From assembly GCF_001194135.2 (NCBI RefSeq), contig NC_068991.1, forward strand, positions 51,888,020 through 51,952,019: a stretch of 64,000 nt of DNA. The letters are read 5' to 3'. The translations under genes and the position numbers were made by a program. This DNA is from Octopus bimaculoides. Lineage: Eukaryota. Under the pieces are notes generated by a model, which saw only the letters and a program-made list of their open reading frames with translations, made no database searches and was not told the origin of the DNA. Positions 35,942-49,379 of this stretch are shown here, in pieces. The stretch's first letter is position 1. Each line of letters opens with the position of its first letter.

Positions 35942-36613
35942 TAATATTTCGTAAAAAAAAAAATAGAGGTGCAAAAATATCGATTGGCTGTTGATGAACA
36001 CAAACTAATGTAGCATGAGTTTGCATGAAAATTTCCTAGCAGTTCGCCATTGCCCTGCCCTGCCCTTCCCACCCCCCGTTCCTTGTTTCNNNNNNNNNNN
36101 NNNNNNNNNNNNNTTGATGAAAGGAACCGTTCAAACACTCCCTCGCAGACGCACGCTTATATACACTTACGCACAGATACATACATATATGCATGCATAC
36201 ATACATACATACATACATACATACATACATGCATGCAAACGCACGCACGCACGCACACACTCACACATATTATTATTCACACAAACAGAAGCATACACAA
36301 TGAAAGTAATGTATTTATTCGCTGTGGCAAACTGAAAACAAGAATTTGATCAAGAAGCCAGACGGTGAGTAAAAAGCATTGGTAAGTGGTGGTGGTGGTT
36401 ATGGNNNNNNNNNNNNNNNNNNNNNNNNNNNNNNNNNNNNNNNNNNNNNNNNNNNNNNNNNNNNNNNNNNNNNNNNNNNNNNNNNNNNNNNNNNNNNNNN
36501 NNNNNNNNNNNNNNNNNNNNNNNNNNNNNNNNNNNNNNNNNNNNNNNNNNNNNNNNNNNNNNNNNNNNNNNNNNNNNNNNNNNNNNNNNNNNNNNNNNNN
36601 NNNNNNNNNNNNN

Positions 36614-36653
<40 letters not shown>

Positions 36654-37080
36654 GTGAACTTTACCACCCGGCCAATTACTAATCGTTACAACCACCAACA
36701 CTGACATCACCACCACCAATGCCATTGCCGCCGCCGCCACCCGTATCAATACCGTTATTTAAGAAAATTGCGAACACAAAAAAGCCTTACTTATTAATGT
36801 TGATGATGATTCGAAATAGAAAATGGATGCTTTTGAAGCGTTGTTTGGGCGAGAAATAGCTTGCGTCTATTATGTATTTACACATAGAATATTCTCTGCT
36901 GCTTAGTTTCGGCTGTTAACGAAAAGGAAATATTTTCCCATCACCCCCAGCGACCACTGCAAAGCAAAAGATAGACGACACCCGACATGTTATTCCGAAG
37001 CGCGGTTTCGATTTCCTGTTTGAGTCGCTTTCACTTACACAGTTAATATCTTTGGAAAAGATATCAACACCGTCTTGTCC

Positions 37081-37082
<2 letters not shown>

Positions 37083-37125
<43 letters not shown>

Positions 37126-37890
37126 TTCTGGTTTTATTGGCCACAAGGGCTAATATAAATTAAAAACATGTAAGGACAAAGACAGGACGAAGGTTACAAA
37201 GAGTTTTGTCCGAAAAGAAAACGTTCGTGTAAACAGTGAGGAAAACAGAGAAAGATATAACAAATAAAACTCCCAATAGGGGGAGGCGCTTAAAAGGTTA
37301 CACGTGGAAAAACCCATAAAAGCCACCGGGGCCTGATCAGAAAAATAAGAAAGGGGTATAGAGCCCTTTCTCCTTTTATATTACCTATTTTTTACAGGTG
37401 TATCTTCAGAATTGGTCAGTTCATACTGGCCATTCTTCCAACAGTCACCCATCATTCAACAAATTTGCTATGAGACAGCACTTCCCTCTCTACTTTCATC
37501 TTCCTGTTTAACTGATTATCTTCGACGCCTAGAGTTTCCACGAGAACGTCGTTGCACTTTTCCTCCACTAACCCTCTATAGAACGCTAGAGTGGGGCTAC
37601 TACCGATCGCATTGCCCGCTTGACTGAGGGCGGTAAGAGCTTGGCGGCACTCGAGGTGCCAAGCGCCCTTTCTCGGTCTACGTTTGATCCAGGATTGCAG
37701 CTCTGTTAAAGAAACGAGCTGCGAAAAATCGTGTCTGACGAACGGCGACCACACCTGTTCACCGTCCAGGAAACGCTTGAGATGTCGTAGCCTGAGCGCA
37801 TGTTTGCACATCAGCAATCACGGCATGCCAAGGCCTCCGTTCAGCGGCTGTTGGCAGCAGATGGAGCGCCTGACCAGTGGTTCCTGACCC
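37083..37890 (-). mobile_element. Tx1-like LINE 3' part with (TTA)n tail
   Basis: LMCKHALRLRHLKRFLDGEQVWSPFV..FSQLVSLTELQSWIK..ECRQAL; ends cccttgtggccaataaa + (TTA)n. Confidence 0.82.
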
Positions 37891-37897
37891 ATCTCTT

Positions 37898-38197
37898 GGA
37901 TGGGTTGATAAAGTTTGGATGATGAATGTGCCTTTAGGCTTCTTCAGAAGGTCTAAGTGGTTGGGAGGGATAATACATATAAGAAACAGTTAACAATAGG
38001 TACAGTATGTTTGTCTTTTTTAAAAACGGCAGAAAAAGAATAGGTATAGGAATATTCTTTATCTGCCCTTTTTAAAAAAGACAAACATGCTGTACCTATT
38101 GTTAACTGTTTCTTATATGTATTAGCCCTCCCAACCACTTAGACCCTCTGAGGAAGCCTAGAGGCACATTCATCATCCAAACTTTATCTACCCATCC
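37898..38197. repeat. ~300-bp fold-back palindrome (~145-bp arms, 10-nt spacer)
   Basis: Arms compared by hand: 8 mismatches in ~145 bp; spacer ggtataggaa. Confidence 0.93.
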
Positions 38198-38199
38198 CT

Positions 38200-38260
38200 A
38201 CAGAACACTGAAGAGATGGACGATTTCGTTGCCTCTTGGCAGAAACGGTCGTAAGGAACT
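38200..38260 (+). ncRNA. Weak hammerhead-like motif following the palindrome
   Basis: CTGAAGA 38208-14 ... GAAA-C-ggtc-G-TA 38242-53; stem I does not pair. Confidence 0.2.
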
Positions 38261-38440
38261 ACTGACAATCTGATCTTTTGCTCTTTTCTGTAATATTAGT
38301 ACATGTGTATGTAATACATGGTTAATTCATGTGTATGTATTCATCTAATGCATTCTAATACATTGGAATAAACAGACATACTAGAATGTCAACCGGCTGA
38401 TGTATGTCGTTTTTGTATCCTCTCCATTTTCTTATTTGCC

Positions 38441-38478
<38 letters not shown>

Positions 38479-39779
38479 GCACACACACATATATAATCAC
38501 ACATGCATATATGTATACATATATACGTGTGAGAGTGCGTGCATATAATGTACATATTTCAACATATGCTTGTTTGTGTTAATTTATACGCATATATGTA
38601 TTTCCATTTGTGCCTTCTTTACACACGTTNNNNNNNNNNTAATCACACATGCATATATGTATACATATATACGTGTGAGAGTGCGTGCATATAATGTACA
38701 TATTTCAACATATGCTTGTTTGTGTTAATTTATACGCATATATGTATTTCCATTTGTGCCTTCTTTACACACGTTAATTCATGTGTGTTTGTATATACGC
38801 ATGTTTTCCTTATTGTGTACAAGTATCAGTGTACAAGTATCAGTGTTCAAGTATGTGTGTACAGGTATGTGTTCTGTTATTAGAAAGTATATATATTATA
38901 TTCTTTTAAGAAAGCAAATGTGTGTGCTACCACGTGGTTGCGCGCCTGCGAGTGTAGCCGTGAACATATATAAATATACTTGTTTTATATACATACTTTA
39001 TCTCATATTTATATCATATTACAAAAGCGAATCTTGAAAATTATGCACTATAATCACGTGATATTAAAGGTATTCGTTAAAAAATTTTAGAACCTCTCAT
39101 TCATGTCCCACATAAACAGTCATTGAGATTTTACTTGCCATCAATCTGTTAGGTGCATCAGCACGGACAAAACTCTACTCCCTCCATTAATTTCGTAGTA
39201 TTTTCACTTAATAAAACGTGTATTCCTTTCTTCACGTAGTTATTAGAGAATGGTGCAAGCTATAGGGATGAATGAAGTGTCTAGTGATGTTTTCACTCGC
39301 GGATAGCTACGATTAACCGTTAATGAGAAAAATGGAGCTGCCTTGTGTGTAACCCTCACCTATCACTGTATAGCCTCTTTTTAAAGAATATTCTGTGGCT
39401 TCCATGTAACAACCTATAGGGACTGTTTACTAACGGAGATAGGCTAATATGCGAGTGATCTCGGAGCAGTATGGTCCACAGTGGTGAGGTGTAGTGTATA
39501 GGCCGCTGTGTGAAGCGTGTTCTACTACATATTGACAAATACACCTTCAAATAGCCGAGTAGCAAGAGCCCTTATAGATAATGCACCATGAGTGAAATTC
39601 GCCCTAGTGTGCCATCTACCCTCGATTCAGTGATGGATCCAATAACATCGTTATCTAGAATTGGTCCGCATGGATGCTTAGGTCTACAATCAACCAACAG
39701 GAGTAAACCAACAAATAAATGGCCCCATATCTTTAGCAGTTCACTCAGCCTGGATCCCACTAGTCTGGATTAGTGGAGA

Positions 39780-41590
39780 TGATTTACAACTACAAAACCT
39801 TAAAGGATTTAATAAGGGACTTCAATGGTTGAGTTAAGTAAGAAGAGACTAGATGAATATGTTGAACTATAAAATAGACATCAGCTATACCACAGGGGAA
39901 TGAAAGATAGAAATCGACAGAAATCGAATTTTTTTATTGCCAAGAAACTGACAAATTACAAAGCAGAAATAAAAGGTGAGAACGAATAACACGGAAATAT
40001 CAGTGAAACTTTACATTAGAAAGTCCAGTTTTATGTACAAACGACAATTTAATACTAACGAGTAAGTCGACGAATTCTACGAAGATGTTACAAGGCTAGC
40101 TGAAATATTCACGTCTCATAAAAAAAGATAATAATGGAGGACTTTAACTCGAAACCCGGAGAGCAAAAACGTGGAAGGAGAAATATGGGGCAACACTGAA
40201 CAGGGTAATGAAAGAGGACAAAGAATATTAGAATTTGCAATATCTAACAAACTGAAATCACGAACACTTGCTTCAAAAAGGACAAGAATCGAAAACGAAC
40301 ATTGATGAACCTGAAAAACAAAACTCAAAATAGACTTTATCGGAATTAACAAGCCGTACCATTTGGGAAATAAAATACACAAATGACAAGAAATGCTCAA
40401 GAATTTGAAAACACTACGATCGATACTATTATTGAGATAAAATTATAACTATTATTAAGTGAGATAAAGTTATAAACAGAGAGCTTGCTAGACTGACTAT
40501 ACATTATGTGTGTCAACATGGCATACTTACCAACAGAATGGAGATGACACCCACGGGAGAAGACAAACTTCAGAAGCTGCTTCTTTACTAACGACTCGAT
40601 TTACAACATCAATAAACATTATAAAACATATACTAGAAGTACAATCTACAACTATACCTAATTGATATCGACTACGAAAATTCCATCAACTCAATTGAGA
40701 CACAATTTATAACTAGTTCGAAAACCAAAGCTCCATCTGCATAATAAAATTTAATGACATATAATGAATAACAAAGTCCAGATAAGGAATGGAGTATGAC
40801 AAGGAGGCATCATAAAGCCCAATTTTTTTACTGCATCCCTGGAAAACATCTTCAGAATGATAGATTGGGAGAAACGAGGCATCAGTATCAAGAGAAACGA
40901 CCTCCATCATCTGAGATTCGCCGATGGCATCATGCTGATAACAGACAGTCTAATGTAGACTGGAAATGCTGAGAGAGTTTTGCGCCATAAATAAGATTCA
41001 AAATGAACAAAACAAAAATCATGATAAATAATGAAATGGCACCAAAAAATGGTTATAATGGAGGAACGAAACAAAAAATACAAAGCTACGAATCCGAGAA
41101 CGGGGCGCAAAAGAGCAAGAGAAAGAAATGAAGAGGAGAATAATATCAAGCTGGGCCTCTTTCAACAAGCGCTGCAGCATTATGGCCTTAAAGCTCTAGT
41201 CTATCTCAAAAGAAAAAAGCTTCAGTCAACGCTTATCGCTAGCAATCGTTTTCGGATATAGAATATGGATTCTAACATTAGAGATGGGAAAGAAACTGGA
41301 AGAATGATAAAATTTACTGAGGAAAACAAACAGATAAGAGAATAGATGAAGGCAGACAATATTGTTCTTAACGTAAAACGTAGAAAATGTAGGTTGTCAG
41401 GACACATCAGCAGGAGAGACAATCAGTGGACAAAGATCACTACAGAATTGCGACCATTAGCAGACAAACGAAAAGGAAAAAAACTATGAAAGACACAGTG
41501 CGACTGGGTTAACTGGTAACATCAAGAAGAAGACTGAAAAAAAACTGACAATGCTCGGTTGAGGTTTTCATCCAGCACTGGGTCGACAAC
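39780..41590 (+). mobile_element. Heavily decayed RTE LINE (APE + RT) with many internal deletions
   Basis: GDFNSK (ggaggactttaactcgaaa), DWEKRGISI, LHHLRFAD, terminal WRLSGHISRR-like motif. Confidence 0.7.
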
Positions 41591-41646
41591 AGTATGCGAC
41601 AGTGATATATTTTGAGTTCGCTTTCTTCTGTTTGCCTCACAACACT

Positions 41647-41681
<35 letters not shown>

Positions 41682-42015
41682 CCCCTTGGAAAGGTGTGTT
41701 CCACTAAACCCCGGAATGACCAGTGTCTTATGAAACTGCGAAAGTCTGTTGTATGTATGCGTGTAGGTATGAACATACGGTGTGTGTATATGTTTCCTTG
41801 GATGTGAGTGTGTGTGTGTATGTGTATGTGTGTGTATGTGTGCGTGCGCGTGTATATGTGTATGTGTGCGCGTGAGCAGCTTTGTGTTTACGTTTGACAA
41901 CTAGCGTTGACTTGTTTACGTTCTGTTTGCATCACCATACCCATATATATATATATATGTGTGTGTGTGTGTATAAATATATATATATATACATATATAC
42001 ATACGTACATACATG

Positions 42016-42119
<104 letters not shown>

Positions 42120-42363
42120 CATATATCGAGTAATTACTGTTTATCGGGAGTCACATTGAAAGTATTATTATATGTATAATTTACCCCTCCTGTATGTGTG
42201 CATTTTTAGAAGAGAAACTACGTAATAATTGAAGTAGAAGAAAGACCAATATGATACAAGAACTTGTGTTTGTTTATGATACGACAATAATAAATGAGTT
42301 GTATGTGTTATTTTGCTTATCCATACAGTAATGGCAATGATATAATATTTTTATAAGAGAAAG

Positions 42364-42566
42364 GCAGCGAGCTGGCAGAAACGTTAGCACACCGGCGAAA
42401 TGCTTACCGGTATTTCGTCTATCTTTACGCTCTGTGTTCAAATTCTGCCGAGGTCGACTTTGCCTTTCATCCTTCCGGAGTCGATAAATTAAATACCAAC
42501 TACGCACTGGGGCCGATCTAATCGACTGACCCCCTCCCCCAAAAACTTCGGCCTGGAGTAGAAAAG
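42364..42566 (+). mobile_element. SINE family C with ~20-bp TSD
   Basis: aatatttttataagagaaag at 42344-42363 and 42567-42586. Confidence 0.88.
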
Positions 42567-42974
42567 AATATTTTTATAAGAGAAAGACATAATAATTGAA
42601 GTAAGAAAAAGATTGTTTTTACATATGAAGTTCTGTTTGTTTATTACATGATAATAAGTGAGATGTATGTGTTATATAATTATCATTACTGTATTGATAA
42701 ATAAAATAACACAGTTCATTGAAATAGGCAATTTACTCATTCTTGAATGTAATGATAGTAATGGTAAATGAAGTTATTGAAGTATTCATGTTGTATTAAG
42801 AATGAATATTTCTTTATGAACAATGTTTTTTTGTTTTATTTCGTGGTACACAAGCCTTTACTACAAACAGTGAGCATGTTTGGGCCAATGAACTTTATGC
42901 ACAGTTAATCTTGTACCATTGCATAATTCTAGTTGAGACAAAATATGTAATAGCGTAATAGGAGTCCCTTTTTT

Positions 42975-43330
42975 CAACTGAAAATAATGAGTTGTACCTG
43001 ATGGTTGTAGTGAGTTAAAGAATTCGATGGGGTAGCCAACACTATCCTGATCATCAACAACACTGGAAGTTTATTCGTTAGCATATTATTAATGGTATGA
43101 AGAAGAACATTTTTTGGAGCCAGGATAACTCTGTCATCGATGTAATCTGTATTGTTGTAATTATGAAGAAGATTAAGAAAGGTTTCATACATCAAATCAT
43201 CGACGGAATCAGTTGAATTATATATTGCATTGAGTGTAAGAAACTGTTCTTCATCAATTGGAACTCTCCCTTCACTGAGTTTCAAAAGTTGCACTGCAAA
43301 TAGTTCTGCTGACTGATCTCGTGAAAGCGT
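42975..43330 (-). mobile_element. Helitron helicase fragment
   Basis: LLKLSEGRVP..YIDDRVILAPKN..INNMLTNKLP. Confidence 0.65.
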
Positions 43331-43544
43331 TGATCTTACATAATAATTGAAGTAGAAAAGAAATGAACTTCATACATGAACTTCTGTTTGTTTATTATGT
43401 GACAATAGTGAGTTTTATTTTTTATTATATTTATCAATACAGTAATGACAATTATATAATACAGTTCATTGAAATAGGTTGCTGTTATAACAGCACTGGC
43501 ATTTGAACAATGTTCGATGGTCCCTTTATCTTTTTTTTTTCTTC

Positions 43545-43730
43545 GTTTACTTGTTTCAGTCATTACATTGCAGCCATGCTTAAAGAATTTTACTAGAATG
43601 AATCGACCCCAGTACTTATTCTGTCGAAATTTTACCGAACTGCTAAGTTACGGGAACATAAACACACCAACACTGGTTGCCAAGCGGTGGTGGTGACAAA
43701 CACAGACACAAAGGCACACACACTCATATA
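43545..43730 (-). mobile_element. SINE family B 3' fragment, rest in gap
   Basis: tttacttgtttcagtcatt...ccgaactgctaagttacggg. Confidence 0.8.
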
Positions 43731-44624
43731 TANNNNNNNNNNNNNNNNNNNNNNNNNNNNNNNNNNNNNNNNNNNNNNNNNNNNNNNNNNNNNNNNNNNN
43801 NNNNNNNNNNNNNNNNNNNNNNNNNNNNNNNNNNNNNNNNNNNNNNNNNNNNNNNNNNNNNNNNNNNNNNNNNNNNNNNNNNNNNNNNNNNNNNNNNNNN
43901 NNNNNNNNNNNNNNNNNNNNNNNNNNNNNNNNNNNNNNNNNNNNNNNNNNNNNNNNNNNNNNNNNNNNNNNNNNNNNNNNNNNNNNNNNNNNNNNNNNNN
44001 NNNNNNNNNNNNNNNNNNNNNNNNNNNNNNNNNNNNNNNNNNNNNNNNNNNNNNNNNNNNNNNNNNNNNNNNNNNNNNNNNNNNNNNNNNNNNNNNNNNN
44101 NNNNNNNNNNNNNNNNNNNNNNNNNNNNNNNNNNNNNNNNNNNNNNNNNNNNNNNNNNNNNNNNNNNNNNNNNNNNNNNNNNNNNNNNNNNNNNNNNNNN
44201 NNNNNNNNNNNNNNNNNNNNNNNNNNNNNNNNNNNNNNNNNNNNNNNNNNNNNNNNNNNNNNNNNNNNNNNNNNNNNNNNNNNNNNNNNNNNNNNNNNNN
44301 NNNNNNNNNNNNNNNNNNNNNNNNNNNNNNNNNNNNNNNNNNNNNNNNNNNNNNNNNNNNNNNNNNNNNNNNNNNNNNNNNNNNNNNNNNNNNNNNNNNN
44401 NNNNNNNNNNNNNNNNNNNNNNNNNNNNNNNNNNNNNNNNNNNNNNNNNNNNNNNNNNNNNNNNNNNNNNNNNNNNNNNNNNNNNNNNNNNNNNNNNNNN
44501 NNNNNNNNNNNNNNNNNNNNNNNNNNNNNNNNNNNNNNNNNNNNNNNNNNNNNNNNNNNNNNNNNNNNNNNNNNNNNNNNNNNNNNNNNNNNNNNNNNNN
44601 NNNNNNNNNNNNNNNNNNNNNNNN

Positions 44625-44860
44625 GTTAAGTTGCTCGGTGTCTGGTTCGGTCCAGACTTCCAAGTGGACAAGAACTGGGGTGAGGTGACAGACAGGGTGG
44701 CCAGTCTCACACAGAAATGGACCGAGAGGAAGCTGTCCCTGAAAGGTCGGGCGGAGGTGGCGAATGCGTACATCGCATCCGTCATATACTACCACCTGAA
44801 TGTCGTCCCTTGCCCCGCTTCGTGGTTGAACAGGCTGGTGCGCTTCTTCTGCTTGGCTCC
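44625..44860 (+). mobile_element. Tx1-like LINE RT/thumb fragment
   Basis: VKLLGVWFGPDFQVDKNW..KLSLKGRAEVANAYIASVIYY. Confidence 0.85.
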
Positions 44861-44899
44861 TTCTGTCCGTCTGCTTTCCTCTCTTTCTTTCCAACCAGT

Positions 44900-45640
44900 T
44901 CACCTACTAAAATTGAAACGGATCTGATCAAGTCCCTTGTTTCTGCTAAATCCTTTGTCAGAATGTGTTTCAGAAACTTTTTGGGTCGCGCGTTTCACAT
45001 TGTTACGGTTGAAGCTTCTTAGATTCACCGGCTTGGTCTCTGTTCTTGTAATTCTTATATCCTTGAGTCTTTTCCTGAGGTTTCTCTGTTCTTTAGTCAT
45101 ATCTTCTCTTATATCGGGGTTTACTACATTATATTGATTGGCCGGCCTCTCCTCCACTACAACATCACCTTGCCTACGCATTCGCTGATCTTCACCTACG
45201 TTATTCTCCTCGAGATTCTCACCACTACAGAGGCTTTACCTGATTGTCTTAATCTGGACCCATTAAGAAAGCCTCTATTCCGAATTATTCTTATCTGATT
45301 CATGAATCCATTTTCCGTAATCTGGAACATACCCAGCTGGTTCCAAAATTCTAATGATCTTTTTCCGACAGCTTTACATTTGCCACTGTTCTTGTCTAGC
45401 AAGCCTTGTTCATGGCACTGAATCACCTTTTGGTGCACGTTGCGTAATTTGACCAGTACATGGACTGTGTCTTATAGTATGGCTAGTAGTTGTTGGATTA
45501 TGATCGGGCCCACCCTACTGCACAGTGGGGTACCTGCCGGGTGCGGCACCTTCACCATAGGTTCTAGTCCCGTTCACACCGTTATCGTCATTTATTTTTC
45601 TTGGCAAATGAGGTGTGTTTTTAGGTTACTAACAACCGGT
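44900..45640 (-). mobile_element. R4/Dong-like LINE 5' part (leader + ORF N-terminus)
   Basis: KRSLEFWNQLGMFQITENGFMNQIRIIRNRGFL resembles the R4-clade N-terminal motif; begins right after (TAA)n. Confidence 0.65.
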
Positions 45641-45699
45641 ATTATTATTATTATTACTATTATTATTATTATTATTATCATCGTTATTATTATTATTAT

Positions 45700-47367
45700 A
45701 GACATCGCTCGGTATACAATATGAAGTTGTTGATTGAATATTTGTGTCTACCGAGGGCTTGTACTGTTTGTCAAGTCACAACAAGGACATCAGACAGACA
45801 GTACTTTACGCAATATGCGTGCAGTTCCAAGTAATGCCGACTTTTGCAATACACCTATTATTATTATTCAGTTAACCAATTTATCTATGCCTATGTCACG
45901 TCTCAGCTCCATCCCACAGCTTTGGGACGCATCACTTTCGTCAACACAAGTATTACTGCTATCTAAATACTTCCTATGAAGTTTGGTGCACCGATCACAA
46001 TAGGTACCACACTCGCTTTAGAGGCTCTAAGTATTCTTTTCATTGCCTATCCTAAGTCTTGGTATTTCCCAACCTTAGCAATATATCCGTTTGCAGGTAT
46101 CGCTACGTCGATGCAGATCTATTCTTTGGACTCCTTCTGTAGGAGAGTGATATTTTGCCAGTTATGTTGTAGTTTTTCGTTTGTATATATTGTCATATTC
46201 CACATGAGTTCCACCTGATCATTTCCTGCTACTGGTAAAGGTTGGTGCTCATACTACTTGTTGGAACATTCTAGTTCATACTTCTTGCACTTCTCTCAGT
46301 GCATTCTTTGTCATAGCGGGGTTTTTTTTGTATTCCTTTTGGGCTAGTTTTGAACATCCACTAATTACATGTTTAACTGTCTCAGATGATTTTCCACGAA
46401 GTCTACACAAAAGTGATGCTTTTATCTTATCAATACTACATTTGAATGAGTACGTAAAGCATGTTCTTCAGCAGCAAGAATAAGTCCTTCCGTTTCCTTC
46501 TTTAAAGAACCCTGTCTTAACCATCTCTTTCATCCGTTATTTGTTGTAAAAACTCTCCTTATAGGACTTTCTCTTTCCAGTTTGTGTTCTTTTCTCTATC
46601 AATTCTCATATTGTACTCCTGGAGGGTTCTTCCATTGTCTTTGAGTACCTTCTCATTTAGTGCAGCCTACAACATTCTTTCTTCACTATTCCTCACATAA
46701 GCATGCAAGGAATTGATCTCCTTCACAACACTATCTTCTATTCCAACCAGGTCTCTTTCACCTTCCTTCGTAGCTAAGTATAGCGCTGCTACGTAACTCC
46801 TAGTACGAAGACATCCATGCATAGCCATTACTTTCCAACTTGTTTTTTTATCCAATTTGATAAGTTCTTCCTTTGACCATTCCACAACACCTGCATAGTA
46901 ACGTATCACACCTACAGCCTACATGTTGATACTTCTAATCAAGTTCTCTCCATTTAGTTTAGACCTACATAACTTTTTAACTCTTCTGGTATATTCAGAA
47001 GAGATTTTCTCTTTCGTCTAGGTGTTTAGTATTTGGTGTTGTTGTAAAACACCAAAATACTTACTTGTAACCCTCTTCGTTCACGTATCTTATCCGCTCA
47101 TAAACTTGGAAGTTGTACTCTACTGTTATCTACTTTTACATTTCATTATCTCCTTAGTTCGATAACATCGCATTTCTTTATACCAAATGTCATCTGGGTG
47201 TCTTGAAAGAAAATTCGTACTGACTGAATAAGGGAATACAATTGACCACAGCTAGCTCCGTAAAGCTTTAAATCATCCATAAATATCAGTTGATTGATTG
47301 GTCTCATGTTTATCCGTAGTTTGTAACCAATTCCCATCTTTCTCAGAACAATGGAGAGCGGTAACAT
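45700..47367 (-). mobile_element. R4/Dong-like LINE 3' half (RT, RLE), flanked by (TAA)n on both sides
   Basis: LIFMDDLKLYG, IRYYAGVVEW, CIDVAIP..PIVIGA, LQKSALLGTARILRKVL; TAA repeats at 45640-45700 and 47368-47382. Confidence 0.85.
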
Positions 47368-47641
47368 TATTATTATTATTGTTAGTACTCGTAGTTTTCA
47401 GTTTAGAACAGGGTCTTTCACTTTATTCCCGTTTCTACCGATAATACTTGTTTATTTTTCATCAGACCTTCTTCCAACTGTAGTTAGCTTTTGCAACATG
47501 AAAGAAAAAAATGCTTTAATGCCAGAATAGAAGTGGCCAGAGAAAGATTTGACCAACCGAACTAACCTATATTTTTTTCAGTCTTTATTTAAATCTACAG
47601 GAAGAAAGAGATAATGATTCTAAAATGTATGTGTGTATGTA

Positions 47642-47691
<50 letters not shown>

Positions 47692-49154
47692 NNNNNNNNN
47701 NNNNNNNNNNNNNNNNNNNNNNNNNNNNNNNNNNNNNNNNNNNNNNNNNNNNNNNNNNNNNNNNNNNNNNNNNNNNNNNNNNNNNNNNNNNNNNNNNNNN
47801 NNNNNNNNNNNNNNNNNNNNNNNNNNNNNNNNNNNNNNNNNNNNNNNNNNNNNNNNNNNNNNNNNNNNNNNNNNNNNNNNNNNNNNNNNNNNNNNNNNNN
47901 NNNNNNNNNNNNNNNNNNNNNNNNNNNNNNNNNNNNNNNNNNNNNNNNNNNNNNNNNNNNNNNNNNNNNNNNNNNNNNNNNNNNNNNNNGAGACAGTAGT
48001 TACTCTCTGGCTGTTTAGGGTGGGAAAAGCTATTCATTGTGGGGGAATTATGTGCTTTTTATCATGGTACGTGACAAACTTTTAAGCAAGCGGCCCAATC
48101 GTGTCGACAATGATTAACTCGGAGCCTGCCCCAATTAAAATGACAAGGCGGCAGGAGGCTGTTGTATGTTTGCTGTTTTGTTTTTAGTTTTGTTTTTATG
48201 TAAACACTATCATGTTAAAAAAAAAAAAGCCAGCCGAATTTTAAGTCTGAGGCCAGAGGTCATAGTGAGTTTAAACTAAAGCATTCCCTGCTACTTATTC
48301 AGGTATTCACAACAATCTGATGGTGGTGATTTTCTGACATAGTAATTCTCTGCCGAAAAAGTCAGTGTTAAAACATTGTAGTGAAACCGATTTTCCAGAG
48401 TTTCTCAGATAATTTTAGAGGACCCAGCTCAGCCTCTAAACACTGTTACATCTCAGTAATGTGACACAGCTAGTCGCCATGTTATTACAACGTGTTGACA
48501 TGTCGTTATTAAAAATGACATTGTGTTGTAAGCAGCACCGAAGAATGTACAGTTCTCATGCTAAGAAGCCGTAACAGCAGATGTTTTCAGAGAAATAAAA
48601 TGGAGGATGGACTAGGAAATTGAAAGGTCGTCTGTTCCTAAGAATGACTTTTATAAATATAATTTTTTCTTTTTTTTTGCGATTTTATTTTGTTATTGTT
48701 ATTGAATAATAAACGTGGTTGCTTTGGTTGTTGTTATTTCTTTATTTGTTTTATAACTATTGGGTAATTACAAACCTTAATAAGAATGCGAAAATATGTC
48801 TTCGTTTAGTTAGGGTCAGTCAACATGATAATTTCCAACTAATCTTTTGAGGTGACACATTGTTTTAAGTTTGATTGATGAAACAACTTGAACAGTTACC
48901 GAAATATAATAGTACATTATATCTAGTCTATGATTCTACTATATAGTAAACGATATGGTGCTGCGAGGCTGTAGATAATGGTATACAATAGGATGTATAA
49001 ATATGTTAATTGGATGTGCCAGTAATGAGAAACTGTACCTACAAACCGTACATAGTGCTATAAAGACCATTATAGATAAGATCCATGCTGCATATGCAAC
49101 CTTCCAAAATATTTTGTGCAAATATGAAGATATCCTTGTTATTATAATCTCCAT

Positions 49155-49234
<80 letters not shown>

Positions 49235-49379
49235 CGCACATATGCACACATACATATCACTTGTTCTTTCCTATATATATATTGAATTTCATGCGAAGTG
49301 TAAATTACTGATGGTAGATGAGGAGTCGACTTATTTTGTTGTGAGTCATTGTATTACTTGCAAGTTTATGTGGTGTATC

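Noticed and set aside
35861-35943. His/Gln-rich frame resembling a transcription-factor exon
   Set aside because: Trinucleotide repeat with an upstream in-frame stop, no ATG, no acceptor, and an immediate stop
38494-38775. Exact ~136-bp tandem duplication
   Set aside because: The two copies flank a 10-N gap; typical unmerged contig overlap
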